64,000 nucleotides of DNA, from the IMG/VR virus record IMGVR_UViG_3300023199_000204, positions 186,001 to 250,000 of that record; one strand, written 5' to 3'. This document shows positions 12,671 to 24,438 of the stretch, piece by piece. Within the stretch, counting starts at the first letter, position 1. Each line of letters starts with the position of its first letter. The position numbers were made by a program, and so were the translations under genes. Below the pieces are notes generated by a model, which saw only the letters and a list, made by a program, of their open reading frames with translations, had not been told where the DNA came from and ran no database searches.

Positions 12671-12710
12671 GGCTTATAATTATGTAATAAAACTTACATA
12701 ATTATAAGCC
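12671..12710. other. Perfect 17-bp inverted repeat
   Basis: ggcttataattatgtaa-taaaac-ttacataattataagcc in the intergenic gap. Confidence 0.85.
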
Positions 12711-12731
12711 TTCAAATAATAAGGAGAAAGA

Positions 12732-13304
12732 ATGCGTGAATTTGATAGAAAATTTTCTCTTCATCATTTAAGAACTTTTGATAAAGAGCTATTAAGATCC
12801 ATTACTTACATTAAAGGAATTTATATAGCAGGAGGAGCCGCTCTTGCTATGTTTGATAACAAACCAAAAAATATAGTTGATTGGGACATATATACTGAAA
12901 ATTGGAGTGGATTAATGGAAGTTCAAGAAACTCTCAATAGACTTGGGTTTAAAGCTCTTCCAAATAAAGTTGATGATATTATGAACTTTGATAAGAAAGG
13001 AACAAAGGTTCAAGTAATATCAAAATTTATGGCTCCGATGGAAGGTTTATTTAACTATTTTGATCTTTCTATTTGTTGTGTAGGATATAAAGAAGATAAA
13101 TTTTATGTTTCTAGAAATGTTCATAGAGATATAAGAAAAAAAAAATTTAATTTTATTTCAACAACTTCTCCTAAAACTGTAAAAAAAAGAGTTAAAAAAT
13201 ATATTAATAGAGGATACAAGCCAAGCAAAACCTTTTGGAAAGATTTTGAATGGTACTTGAATACTAGAAGGTTTAAAATAGAACAAAGAGGGGAGTTCTA
13301 CTAA
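12732..13304 (+). CDS. Pol-beta-fold nucleotidyltransferase (polyA polymerase/CCA head-like)
   Basis: YIAGGAA...VDWDIY (GG plus DxD) and a downstream FDLSIC motif. Confidence 0.6.
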   Translation: MREFDRKFSLHHLRTFDKELLRSITYIKGIYIAGGAALAMFDNKPKNIVDWDIYTENWSGLMEVQETLNRLGFKALPNKVDDIMNFDKKGTKVQVISKFMAPMEGLFNYFDLSICCVGYKEDKFYVSRNVHRDIRKKKFNFISTTSPKTVKKRVKKYINRGYKPSKTFWKDFEWYLNTRRFKIEQRGEFY

Positions 13305-14268
13305 ATGATTAAAAATATATATTCATTTATTTTTGGGTCAGCTATTGGCTCAACTATCTATTATATTTTAACAAAAAATATTTATGTATCTATAATAGGG
13401 TTTTCTATAGTATCTATAATTGGAATACTTATTTATTCTATGGAGAATAAAGATGAAGTTCCCTAATGCCGATATGGTCTGGAAGAATCATATACTAATT
13501 TCGAGCTTTGAGCAACTAAATAAAGAGCTAATGAGATTTAGTAAAAAATTATGTGAAGAAAACTTTAGAAAATTTCCAAGAGAGTATGGAAAAGCACAAG
13601 GTTATTCTTGTTCTGCTTTTGAAATAAAATCACTTTTAGAAAATATAGAGGAAATATTTAAAAATGATTCCTAAAATTGGTGATAAGGTAAAAATAACTC
13701 CTGATGGGTGGAGAGAAATTAAAAACTGGGTCCCATTTGACAGTATAAATAATATTGATAGAAGGGTAGTTTATACAATTATTAATATAAAAAAACATTA
13801 TTCAAGAATTAAGTTTAATATTAAAGATCTATCGGGAAAATTTGTTCACTTTGAACGGACCATACCTACTTCTCAATTTGGTGTGTTTATGAGTGGCAAA
13901 GTTCCAGTAATATTATTTAAGCCGGTAAACAAAATGAATAATAATTCAGAAGTAAAAAATTGTTTAATGTGTGGTTCTCCTGTACATCTTGGATTTAATC
14001 TTTTTCACTGTAGTAATATTGATTGTGTAAACTATGATGAAAATTTTTATGATAGTTCAGATTACGAAGGCGGTGAAAAACCACATGAGTTTGTATTTTA
14101 ATTATGAAGTATAATCAAAGACTTATATGGTTTATACTTGATAATTCGATTAAAAATGGAAAGATAAAAGGATATCTTGAAAAAATGTATCTTCGTGATC
14201 AGCTTGAATATAAATCAACCGAAGAACTCGAAGAAATGGCACAAGAATTTAATAGAGGGCAACAACAC

Positions 14269-14310
14269 ACGCGTGCGTGAATTTTGTTTTTTTTGTCTCG
14301 ACGATTTTAC
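14269..14310. repeat. Dispersed 42-nt motif, copy 1
   Basis: acgcgtgcgtgaattttgttttttttgtctcgacgattttac, near-identical to 22609 and 41958. Its TGA is the stop of small ORF 14104..14280. Confidence 0.9.
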
Positions 14311-14622
14311 ACTCCAAAAAATGAGGACGGACTTTTCACCTTTTTAAAAGGAGGTTATTATGAATACCAAAAGTATTTTAATAGAAATTATTAATGAGAT
14401 TAATATTCAATTATCAAGTCTTTCTAATTTAAAAAATATATATGAAGCAACATCTCAAAAAGAAGAAGTTAAGAAAATTTCTTATACTATTCAAGAGTTA
14501 AATTTAACAAGGAATAATATATATAAAAAACTTCAATCTATTTATGATCTTGAAGATGTTCTTAACATAAAGATGTGGCAAAAACTAAATCCTAATAGAG
14601 CACAGGCATAAGGGAGAATAAA

Positions 14623-15060
14623 ATGAATAATGAATCAAAATCTTCATTTGAGGGAAGCACTTTTGCTAATAATAATGTTTTGGCAAAAACATTTCGCAAA
14701 ATGCTTAACACTCTTAACGATTACGAATTGAATCTAATTCTAAAAGAAGCTCACGATATAGAAAAAATAAGAATTCAAAGGAAGATTAATAAGGGAAGCT
14801 ACGAGCTTTTGAGCGGAGATGAACTAGAACTCCTTTCAAAAGGTAGGATTTGGGAATCGATAAGAAGATACAAAAATAGAACCAAATGTAATAAGAAATT
14901 CGCAAGAGAAGTAATTAATTTTCATAGTTCAATAGAACGAAAGATTGTTTCAGAATCAGTTTCTGAAGTTCTAAAAGAAGATTATGTAGCCAAGCCTTTG
15001 AAAAACTTCAAGAGAGTATATGATGTTGATCTTGAAGGTCCTCAGCTTCCAACAAGTTAA
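14623..15060 (+). CDS. Hypothetical protein, possibly with a ribosomal L7/L12 C-terminal-like helical motif
   Basis: GRIWESIRRYKNRTKCNKKFAREVI loosely resembles the KIxAIKxYRxxTGxxLxEAK pattern. Confidence 0.25.
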   Translation: MNNESKSSFEGSTFANNNVLAKTFRKMLNTLNDYELNLILKEAHDIEKIRIQRKINKGSYELLSGDELELLSKGRIWESIRRYKNRTKCNKKFAREVINFHSSIERKIVSESVSEVLKEDYVAKPLKNFKRVYDVDLEGPQLPTS

Positions 15061-15372
15061 ATGGGAATATTTTTAATTGGCATTGCTGTAGCAGCAATAT
15101 CTTTAACAGTAACCAGATCAGATTTATTTCGTCCATTTAGAAATGATGTTCGTAATGTTAAATTTTTAGGCAAAGTTTTAACTTGTCCTTATTGTTTTTC
15201 ACATTGGATGGCGGCGATACTATCAATATTTTATCAGCCAGAACTTAAAACATATGTGATAATAGAATGGTTTATAGGATTGTTTTGTATAGTAGCAATA
15301 TCAGTTCCAATTATGGCTTTAATAAATTTTTCATTGAACTTTATTCCACCAGAAACTGAGGAAAATTTGTGA
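15061..15372 (+). CDS. DUF1360-like membrane protein
   Basis: Hydrophobic helices with LTCPYCFSHW. Confidence 0.55.
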   Translation: MGIFLIGIAVAAISLTVTRSDLFRPFRNDVRNVKFLGKVLTCPYCFSHWMAAILSIFYQPELKTYVIIEWFIGLFCIVAISVPIMALINFSLNFIPPETEENL

Positions 15373-16002
15373 AACAATATATTTCTCAAATAAAAACGGT
15401 AATAGAAGATATATTTGAAAGTAATAATGAAAATTATATTAACAATACCCTTGGAACTGGTGCGTATTATTATCTGTCGGATGTATCTAACTTAGTTGAA
15501 GGTCTAGAAGAGGAAGCAGATATAGCTGAACTTAAAATAAAACTTTTCAATAATGAAAAAGAAATTTTTCTTCCTTAAAGAAAGTTAGATAAACGTTATA
15601 TATTAGAAGAGGCAATGAGGAATATTTATAGTATTGTAGAAGAGTGTTCTTATAGACTAATTAAAAGAGGGTGAATAGTGTCTTACTCGACATTTCCATA
15701 TTATATTTTTGGAACAGATAAATATTTAGATGAGTATAAGGTAGGAAAAGTACAATTATAAGGAAATATTGAGCACAAAGTTATAAGTCAGTTTTTGTAG
15801 AATTTATATTTAAACCAGAAGAATTTATTAATTACCTTTTCCTTGGTTTTAAAATAAATAAAAAAAGATATAATCATTATTTAAAAAAGGATTTGAAGAT
15901 GTAAATTCACTTTTAAACAAAAAGGATCTTTGCAAAAATTTAAAAAAGATTAGAAAGCTTTTTAAAAAGATAAAAATTATATATTAATTATTAGGAAAAA
16001 AA

Positions 16003-16653
16003 ATGAACTATGAAAGATATGAAGTAAAAGTATATTCTAATGGAACTAAATATTGGTATAAAGAGGGAAAGCTTCATCGGACCGATGGTCCAGCAATAGA
16101 ATATGCCAATGGAGAGAAACATTGGTATAAAGAGGGAAGTCTTCATCGGACCGATGGTCCAGCAGTAGAATATACTAATGGAAATAAAAAATGGTATCAA
16201 GATGGAAAGCTTCATCGGACCGATGGTCCAGCACTAGAGTATACTGATGGAAATAAAAAATGGTATCAAGATGGAAAGCTTCATCGGACCGATGGTCCAG
16301 CAGTAGAGTATACTGATGGAGAAAAACATTGGTATAAAGATGGAAAGCTTCATCGGACCGATGGTCCAGCAATAGAATATGCTAATGGAACTAAATATTG
16401 GTATCAAGAGGGAAAGCTTCATCGGACCGATGGTCCAGCAGTAGAATATACTAATGGAACTAAAAAATGGTATAAAGATGGAAAGCTTCATCGGACCGAT
16501 GGTCCAGCAAAAGAATATGTTAATGGAGATAAGTTTTGGTATATAAAAGGAAAAGAATATACTGAGAAAGAGTTCAATGAACTCTTGAAAAATGATTGTA
16601 ATGGAAAGACCGTCGAAATCGACGGAAAGAAATACAAACTAATACTTCAGTAA
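16003..16653 (+). CDS. MORN-variant-like 23-aa repeat protein, paralog 2 (7 units)
   Basis: Seven LHRTDGPA units at an exact 69-nt period. Confidence 0.9.
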   Translation: MNYERYEVKVYSNGTKYWYKEGKLHRTDGPAIEYANGEKHWYKEGSLHRTDGPAVEYTNGNKKWYQDGKLHRTDGPALEYTDGNKKWYQDGKLHRTDGPAVEYTDGEKHWYKDGKLHRTDGPAIEYANGTKYWYQEGKLHRTDGPAVEYTNGTKKWYKDGKLHRTDGPAKEYVNGDKFWYIKGKEYTEKEFNELLKNDCNGKTVEIDGKKYKLILQ

Positions 16654-17015
16654 AATAATAATTTGGATAAAATAATGAATGAATATAACTTCTATGTAAA
16701 GATTACGGTTAGAGAACGAGATTTTAGATCAGCATACAGATATATTGCTGAAAGACTTAAGCATTCTAGATTTGAAACACAATCGACTTTCTCTGAAGAT
16801 AAGAAGATTGATGAAACGATTGTAGATGATGTTATTGACAATTGTATGATTTTCGGAGTACCGAATGAGACTTAATTGTTGTGTCTGTGGTGGGCTCGAA
16901 ATAATTTTATTTTTAATTTTTGTCCCCATATATAAAAAGCTTAAAAATAGGCACAAAAAACACCACGAAAAGTGTGAAGACTGTTCTTGTTCTCGCAAAA
17001 TAGAGGAGATAAATA

Positions 17016-17439
17016 ATGAATGAATCTAAAAAAGAAGACATTGTTAAGTTTTTGACAATTTTTTCAGATCAAGAAATGATGAATGTTGCGAGGGGAACAA
17101 ACAAAAGAACAAATTAATATTATGTTCAGTTCTGAACCAAAGTTAGCGTTGCGACTCAATGAAGAAATTGAAAAAGAACTTTTGACTATAAATTAAAGAA
17201 CTCTTGAAAAAAGAGTTAAAATATATGACGAAGCATTTTCTCACGAAGAAATTAAATATATGATAGAATGTTATTCAAGTGAGCTTGGAAAAAGCTTGAA
17301 AGAAAAACTTCCGACAGTTCAAGCAAAATGTGCTAAAATTAATATGAATGCGGGGATGAATTTATTTGATGAAATATATCAAAAAGTTACAGAAGAATTA
17401 GAGCAAGAGAATAACGACGAGAATGTAATCTTAAATTAA
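17016..17439 (+). pseudogene. DUF2059-like protein broken by a G-run frameshift near 17091-17095 and a TAA at 17194
   Basis: The final frame has IYDEAFSHEEIKYMIECYSSELGKSLKEKLP (DUF2059-like). The breaks may be sequencing errors. Confidence 0.5.
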
Positions 17440-18102
17440 AGGATTTAAAATGGATAAGTTTGAGTTGGCAGAGTCAATAAAAAAACTGTATGATAAAGAA
17501 GACTTTGATGTCCAAGAAGCATATGTTATTGCCGACTTGGCAGCAGATCTTGCCGATTTAATTCTTAAAGAAAAAAGTGAAAAAGATGATGACCAAACGA
17601 ACTAGAACGATAAATGTTTCTGCTCATAAATTAGAAGATATTTTTGATATATGTGAAGAGCCTTCGTATCTTCTTGGAAGAATTTGCGGAAGTGAAGAGA
17701 AAAATATTCCTTTGTCCACTATTCTAAATTCATCAGGACTTAATAAAGAATATTTTAATTTATTTACAAATATTACTAATATAAACTTCTCTTTTAAAGA
17801 GATTTGTTTAAAAACGGACTGTATGTGGGACGAAGTATATTATAATCTTAAAAATGAACAAACAATTCTTGAGATTACAGAAGAGCATTTATTTAATATG
17901 TTTAAAAAACATTATTCAAAAAAAGTTGTTGTTGTGGAGTTAATTGATGTTTTAAACAACAATGAAATAGTAGAAGTTTGTAATTACGTTGGATGTAATA
18001 AGGAAAAAGAATACGAACTTGAAAAAAAAATAGAGAAAATGTCTTGGAAAAGAATAGCAAAATTTGCTATGGATGTGCTTCAACTTAAACTTGGAAAGAA
18101 GA

Positions 18103-18513
18103 ATGAATAGAAATGAAAGGCTTCTTATGAGAGCCTTTAATAAAAGTATAGAATCAAATCATCCAATATTTCCTATGGGAGCAATTCTTGCTCAGGGAAA
18201 TAGAATAATCTCTTATGGAACCAACAAGCACGGCTGTACTCATCCAAAACAAAAGGTGAGAACAAATAGCCTTGGAATGGAATATGGAAGGCATTTTCCT
18301 CACGCAGAACTAATATGTTTACTCGCCGCTCCAAAGAATAAGAGAATAGGATCAACAATCTATGTTGCTCGCAGATTAAATAAGGGAGGAACTGGAATGG
18401 CAAAGCCTTGTCAACATTGTCATACCTACCTTCTTAACGAAGGTGTCAAAAAAGTAGTTTATACGGTTAAATCAGAAGACTTCACTAATTGGTATAATGA
18501 TTATTACCTCTGA
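18103..18513 (+). CDS. Zn-dependent cytidine/dCMP deaminase-fold protein
   Basis: HAE (HAELICL) and PCxxC (KPCQHC) motifs. Confidence 0.8.
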   Translation: MNRNERLLMRAFNKSIESNHPIFPMGAILAQGNRIISYGTNKHGCTHPKQKVRTNSLGMEYGRHFPHAELICLLAAPKNKRIGSTIYVARRLNKGGTGMAKPCQHCHTYLLNEGVKKVVYTVKSEDFTNWYNDYYL

Positions 18514-19651
18514 GGAAAAAATGTGGGAATTAAAAAACGGTAGAACTAAGCTTAATATATCTAAAATAAGAAAAACTTTTAAAGTAATAGAAGACGATGA
18601 CTTAAAATTAATTATTCCACAAAAAAATATGTGGGATTGGGAAGACGAAGAGAAATTTCTTCGCTCAATTATAGTGGATAAGAATGGTTATGTAGTTTCT
18701 TCTGGTTGGCCCAAATTTGGAAACTATGGTGAATTTATTCAAGATACAGAGGTTTTAAATAATGCTCTTCAAAATGATGATAAAATAAATTTTACTATGA
18801 AAGAGGACGGAAGTCTTTGTATTAGATCAGTAATTAATGACAAAGTAGTTCTTAGAACTCGTGGTACAATGTATGGGGGAGACTATGACGAGGAAGGAAA
18901 TCCCCCTTTTAGGGTAAAGTTTACTCAAGTTGCCGAGACGAAGTATCCTAAAATATTAGATCCAAATTGGATGAAAGACAGGTCTTTATTATTTGAATAT
19001 GTCTCTCCAGAAAATAGAATAGTTGTAGGATATTCAAAAGAAGATTTAGTTTTTATTGGATCGATTAGACACTCTGACTTAAAAATAGGTTCTTGGAATG
19101 AGCTTCAAAAAATAGCGGAAGAGGGAAAGCTTAACCTAGTTAAACTTCATAACCTTCCGCTAGAAGTGTCTGAGCTTCTTGAAAAAATTAAAAATTGGGA
19201 AGATGAAGGAATTGTCGCCAGAGTTAATAATGGAGAAGTTCTTGTTAAAATTAAAAGTGCTTCCTATTTGGCAAGGCATAGGTTAAAATCAAATCTTAAT
19301 TATAAATTTATATGTGAGTTTATTGAAATGTCTTTACCAAAAAACAAAGATGATTTAGAAAATCAGCTTTGTCAAATGGGAATGGATTTTGAAACAGTTT
19401 CAGAAGCAATTAAAATATATGATTTATATTGTCAAGCAGAAAATGAAACCCAAGAGGCTTTAAATGAAGCAATAAAACTATATGAATCGTTTTCATCTAA
19501 AGAAACAGATCCAAGATTGATTAGAAAAGACTACGCTATGATTGCTACCAAAGCTCCGTTTCCAACAAGAACATTTATGTTTTTACTTTATGATAATAAA
19601 CAACAGAAACTTAAAGATTTTTACAAAAAAGTCGTTTGGACTAAGCATTAG
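18497..19651 (+). CDS. T4 Rnl1-like RNA ligase
   Basis: PKFGN, motif I KEDGSL, FEYVSPENRIV, EGIV and KIKS motifs. Confidence 0.8.
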   Translation: MIITSEEKMWELKNGRTKLNISKIRKTFKVIEDDDLKLIIPQKNMWDWEDEEKFLRSIIVDKNGYVVSSGWPKFGNYGEFIQDTEVLNNALQNDDKINFTMKEDGSLCIRSVINDKVVLRTRGTMYGGDYDEEGNPPFRVKFTQVAETKYPKILDPNWMKDRSLLFEYVSPENRIVVGYSKEDLVFIGSIRHSDLKIGSWNELQKIAEEGKLNLVKLHNLPLEVSELLEKIKNWEDEGIVARVNNGEVLVKIKSASYLARHRLKSNLNYKFICEFIEMSLPKNKDDLENQLCQMGMDFETVSEAIKIYDLYCQAENETQEALNEAIKLYESFSSKETDPRLIRKDYAMIATKAPFPTRTFMFLLYDNKQQKLKDFYKKVVWTKH

Positions 19652-20200
19652 TGAATTATGTATAGCAAATATAATAAAATAAAAAAGAAATTAAATAGAC
19701 TAGAAACTAGGCAAAAGAAATTAATTAAACTTTTGTTTATTAAAAACTCTATGACAAGAGACCAGTTGAGAAGCAAAATGAATGAGTTGATGTGACAATG
19801 TCTAATATAAAAAAACACAACATAAACTTAATATAAATAATATTATTAATGAGTTTAGAGACCCAGAAAGTAGACTTATTATAAGAAAATTTCTTAAATT
19901 AATAAGCTAGCCAGAAATTAGGTTTAAGTTAGTAGAAGAAGCTAAAAACATAACAGATAAATTATTCAATTCTCCTTCAAATAAGGAAAGGCTTGATGGT
20001 AATAAAGCTAAAGAGTTAGAAGAGGTGATAGAAGGACTTTGTTTATTTTATCAAAGATATATAGAAAACATTAATATTCCAAACCCGATGATAGGAAGAT
20101 GAGATACATTCATTATAAAATATTAGGAAGCCCTTATCATCTAAGAAAAGTAATAAAGAAATAGAAAAAAAATCTTTGTTTTTTTTAAAGGATATGAAAT

Positions 20201-20623
20201 ATGGATTGTAGAGATTTTGCTAATCTTTCCAACAAATGGTATGAAAGAATTACTGATGATGAGAAATATGTAATCATTAATCTTTATTGGGAAGATGAAG
20301 AAGATTCTTACGAAGAAGAAGTAAAAGTTCCGATTAAATATGAAGTTTGTAATACCTGTAATGGAAAGGGAACGCACGTTAATCCATCAATAGATGCCCA
20401 CGGAATATCTTCAGAAGAATTTAATGATGATCCAGGCTTCGCTGAAGATTATTTTAGTGGAGTTTATAATGTTTCGTGTTATGAGTGTAAAGGTAAAAGA
20501 GTAGTTCCTGAAATAAATGAGGAATTTTGTAATGATGAGCTACTTGATAGAGTTAGAGAGCATCAAAAAGTCATTTATGAAATGAATTATGAAAGAGCAA
20601 GAGAAATTAAATACGGATACTAA
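20201..20623 (+). CDS. DnaJ-type CxxCxGxG zinc-finger protein
   Basis: CNTCNGKG and CYECKGKR. Confidence 0.6.
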   Translation: MDCRDFANLSNKWYERITDDEKYVIINLYWEDEEDSYEEEVKVPIKYEVCNTCNGKGTHVNPSIDAHGISSEEFNDDPGFAEDYFSGVYNVSCYECKGKRVVPEINEEFCNDELLDRVREHQKVIYEMNYERAREIKYGY

Positions 20624-22608
20624 ATAAGTAGGAGCTTAAAATGAATAAACCCTTTGAAAATTTTTGTAAAAAACATTTTGTCAGCAGTAATGGTAGTGTC
20701 CAGAAACTTAGTTCTAATAATAAAGAAGCAAAAGAAAGAAAAAAAAAGATCGCTATTAAAAAGGTTAGAAGTTCTGAAAGAAAACTAATTGCCGCTCTTA
20801 AAAGAAAAGAATTAGAGCTACTTAAAATAAACAAAAAAGAAAGTAAAGAAGAATATGAATCTATCTTTAATAATATTAAAGAAATAAATCAAAAACTAAA
20901 TAATGTAAGAAAACAACTAACAACGATGTATTTAAATAAAAATAAAGTATGAAATATTATACAGACATTGATATAATAAGAGGTGAGTTTGAATATTCAG
21001 TAGATGTAGAAATTAATCTTTATAAAGACTATGCCAAAATAGTTAATTCAAAAATTTCTTGTTATTTATATGATGGAGAAGAAATAACTGATTTTATTGG
21101 ACCACCAGAAAGGGAACAAGTTCCTATAAATGCTTGGATAAAGCTTAATAATTATGAAGAAGAAAGAGTGATTGAAGAGGCATTAAATGAATTATGTTAA
21201 GTTATTGTTGTTAAGTTTATTTATATTTTCTTGTGGAGGCATAAGAACTCCAATGGATAAATATTGTAAGAGAGAGTGTTTATCTATTTATGATGAAGTT
21301 GAAACAGCTTATTGGTTAGGTAATGATAACATTTTAAATAAAACTAGATGTGGATGTGTTGTAAATGGCAAAGAAGAAACAGAGTTCTTACCCCAAAGAA
21401 AACCTAATAACTGAAAGCTGGTTATTAAATGAACTTACTTCATATGAAGCTGAGATAATAAATCTTTTAGAGCCTCCAAGGAATCATATAGATTCCAAGG
21501 ATCCGTATGACAAAGCAAAGTCTCAAAGACTTCTTGCTATGAGAAGCATACATTTAAAGGCTAGATTTCCCAATGGCAGAGTATTTTGGGCACAGGCTGG
21601 GACAGTATGTAACTCAACACCTAAAGATAGTGTAGAAGAGTTTGAGTCAATTGAAGTGGCTTATATGGAAGAAGGAGAGCCCAAACCATTAAAAAAACTA
21701 ATTGATGTCGGCTTAGGAGAGAAAAAGAAATCATTAATTAAAAACTGTAATAAAAAAAACTTAGAAGCAATGTTAATGATAATCGCTTCCTTAAAAAAGA
21801 AAAAGAAAAAAGAGAAATGGTGATGTTTTTTGTTCTATCAGAAAACAAAAATATAATTATTGTGGAAGCTCTTTTTAAGAAAAAAGAAAAAGCAGAAGAG
21901 TATAGAAATTTAATGAATAATATGTATCCATCAATTAATCATTGGGTAGAAGATTTTAAAGGAGATGAGAATGAACAATCGTAATGAAGCTAATCAGGCA
22001 TTAAAAGAAATGGAAGAAAGCACTAAGAAAGGAAATAGTGCTTCAGGTCGCTTAAATAAAATTGGTGATAAAAGTTTAGCAGAAAAGGTAAAAAAAGTTT
22101 CAAACGATATGGATGAGTGTGTTAAAGAAATTAAAAGGAAACTTAATAAAGACAATAATTAAATATGACAAAAGAAGAAATTGAAATTATAATAAAAAAC
22201 TTCATTAAAGATGAAGATCTACAAAAAATAATTTTAAAATACATATCAAATTGCAAAAACAAAGAAAAAATTAAAGATTGTGTATCTAGTAATATTAACA
22301 ATCTTATTTCAACATTAATCAGTTTAACACTTGCTATTATTATGGAGAATGAAGAATGTCTAGAGGAAATCACAGAACAAGAGCAAGATTTAAAGAAAGA
22401 AAAGAACAAAGAAGGAAGGAAGCTTTAAAGAGACAAGAATGTAGAGATAAATTAACTCCAGAGCAACAACTAGATAGGCTTAATTCTTTGCTTGGCGAAG
22501 GAATTGGTGCTCAAAAAGAAAGGGACAAGTTGCGTAGAAAGATAGAAGAAAACAAAGAATAACATTCGTTTTATATAAGGTGTTGAGATTTAAGGAAGTA
22601 TCCAACGT

Positions 22609-22650
22609 ACGCGTGCGTGAGTTTTGATTTTTTTGTCTCGACGATTTTAC
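22609..22650. repeat. Dispersed 42-nt motif, copy 2
   Basis: acgcgtgcgtgagttttgatttttttgtctcgacgattttac, with 2 mismatches to copy 1. Confidence 0.9.
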
Positions 22651-23264
22651 TTTTCGATGAAAATTAGGGAGGTGAACTAGATTATTAAATAATGGGATTA
22701 AAAGGGAGAAATAGTTCTAAGTTTTATTAATTAATTTAAAGGAGAAAGAAATGGAAGAAACTCAAACTAATACTAATACCGATACTGAAAACAAAAAGAA
22801 AACGGACCCCGCTGTCCAGCGACTTCGTAAGATCTCTCGTTGCGTTCAGACTTTGCTTCAGGTTGAAGGTGAAGAAATTACCTCAAAACAAGTAATGGAG
22901 CTTCTAGCTGATAAAGATCTAAGCGATAATGTAGACCCTGTTGCTTTGAAGGAAGAGGTTAAGGCTCAGATTCCTAATCTACCTCAACCGGCTCAGATCT
23001 CAACTAGTAGCGAGCGTCGTGAAGCCCTTGAAACCTATATGTCATCTCATTGGGACGATGTAAAGGATAACGAGGTTGTTAGATCAGCTCTATTTAATGC
23101 TTATTGTCAGGGTCGCTACTCGAAGGAGCATCGGGAAGGAATGAAATCTGAGCTGCTTGCTCGCCTCAATGGTGATGCTCCTGACAGCTCAACAGTTAGT
23201 TCAGGTGATGACACATCTGATGCCCCTAGTGATGGAAAAGATCTAGACTTTTAATCCTAATTTA

Positions 23265-23369
23265 GACATACAGTGATTGCCCTCCCTTCCACTGTATGTC
23301 GGACCTCAGAAGCTTTTTTGGTGAAGCCCAGTCTCTGGAGCAAGAGGGGTTCAAATCCCCTCCTGAGGC
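23265..23369 (+). ncRNA. 11-bp hairpin followed by a tRNA-like element lacking a normal anticodon arm
   Basis: gacatacagtg/cactgtatgtc hairpin, then acceptor-like cctcag/ctgagg, D arm gctt-ttttggtg-aagc and T arm agggg-ttcaaat-cccct. The anticodon region folds only as ccag-tct-ctgg. Confidence 0.5.
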
Positions 23370-23390
23370 TTATAGAAGAAAGGAATATAA

Positions 23391-23906
23391 ATGAATAGGT
23401 ACTTTATTGATACGGAGTTTATTGAAAGTGGAAAATGTATTGAACCACTAAGTATTTGCCTTATTAAAGAAAATAAAAAAACAGGGAAGGTTGAAGATAA
23501 ATATTACGCAATAAATATTGATTGCGATATATCTATCACAAACGACTGGGTAAAAGAAAATGTTTTAAAACATCTTCCAAAAGTATCTTCTCCATTATAT
23601 AAAAGTAAAGAAAAAATAGCTGGAGATTTAATTAGCTTTACAAAAGAAGATAATTTATTTGAGATGTGGGGATGGTTTCCTACATATGACTGGGTAGTTA
23701 TAAAAAATATATTCGGTAGCATATATTCTTTACCTAATAATTTTCCAAATAAAATATATTGTTTAAGACAGTGGCTATATCATTTAGGATTAAGATTTAA
23801 TATTCTTCCAAAAAAAGATAAATCAAAAGTTCATAGTGCTGAGTATGATGCTGAATGGGCACGAAGAACATTTAGAATTCTTAATAAAATAGAAGGAACT
23901 AAATGA
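23391..23906 (+). CDS. DEDDh 3'-5' exonuclease (RNase AS-like)
   Basis: FIDTEFIE, YDWV and HSAEYDA motifs. Confidence 0.8.
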   Translation: MNRYFIDTEFIESGKCIEPLSICLIKENKKTGKVEDKYYAINIDCDISITNDWVKENVLKHLPKVSSPLYKSKEKIAGDLISFTKEDNLFEMWGWFPTYDWVVIKNIFGSIYSLPNNFPNKIYCLRQWLYHLGLRFNILPKKDKSKVHSAEYDAEWARRTFRILNKIEGTK

Positions 23907-24051
23907 TAGTATTATTTATAATATTAGGCATAATCTTTGGATTTATTTTAAAAAAACTTCTAATTTATTTTGAATTTAAAGAAGATATATCTTTTTATGT
24001 TTCTGTCTTTGGTTCTATAATATTAACTTATTTTCTTTTAAGGAGATTGAT

Positions 24052-24438
24052 GTGAAAAAATTAGGATGGACATTACTTGTTCTAGTAATGCTTGTAGGGT
24101 TTGGTTTTAGTGTGTATCTTTACAATGTTGAAAAAGAATATGTTGGTACTGTTGTTGATAAAGCAATTAAAAGAGTAGGTAATAAAGATCAATATATGAT
24201 ATATGTTAAACTTAAAAATGGAAAATCAATAGTGTTCAAAAATGTAGATTCATCTGTCTTAAGGGTATGGGATTGGAAATTTAATTCTTCAGATCTATAC
24301 GCTTTAATCTTAAAAGGTAGAACCTATAAGTTTAGAGTTTATGGTCTCAGATCAACTGCCTGTTCTTGTTATGAAAATATAGTAGATGTTAAAAAAGGTC
24401 CAATATATGTCAAAAATTTTAAGATTAGAGGATTATAA
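24052..24438 (+). CDS. DUF1523-like membrane-anchored OB-fold protein
   Basis: N-terminal TM helix, then KNVDS...WKFNSSDLYA...YG.R...YENI. Confidence 0.6.
   Translation: MKKLGWTLLVLVMLVGFGFSVYLYNVEKEYVGTVVDKAIKRVGNKDQYMIYVKLKNGKSIVFKNVDSSVLRVWDWKFNSSDLYALILKGRTYKFRVYGLRSTACSCYENIVDVKKGPIYVKNFKIRGL

Noticed and set aside
16060-16540. CRISPR-like array: 24-nt palindromic repeat with 45-nt spacers
   Set aside because: The period is exactly 69 nt and in frame, the spacers are homologous to each other, the region encodes a protein repeat, and no cas genes are present.
19652-20200. Stop-rich stretches here and at about 15580-15990 and 51430-51970 as non-coding or ncRNA regions
   Set aside because: They look like small AT-rich ORFs broken at homopolymer runs. 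No stable structure or repeat is evident.
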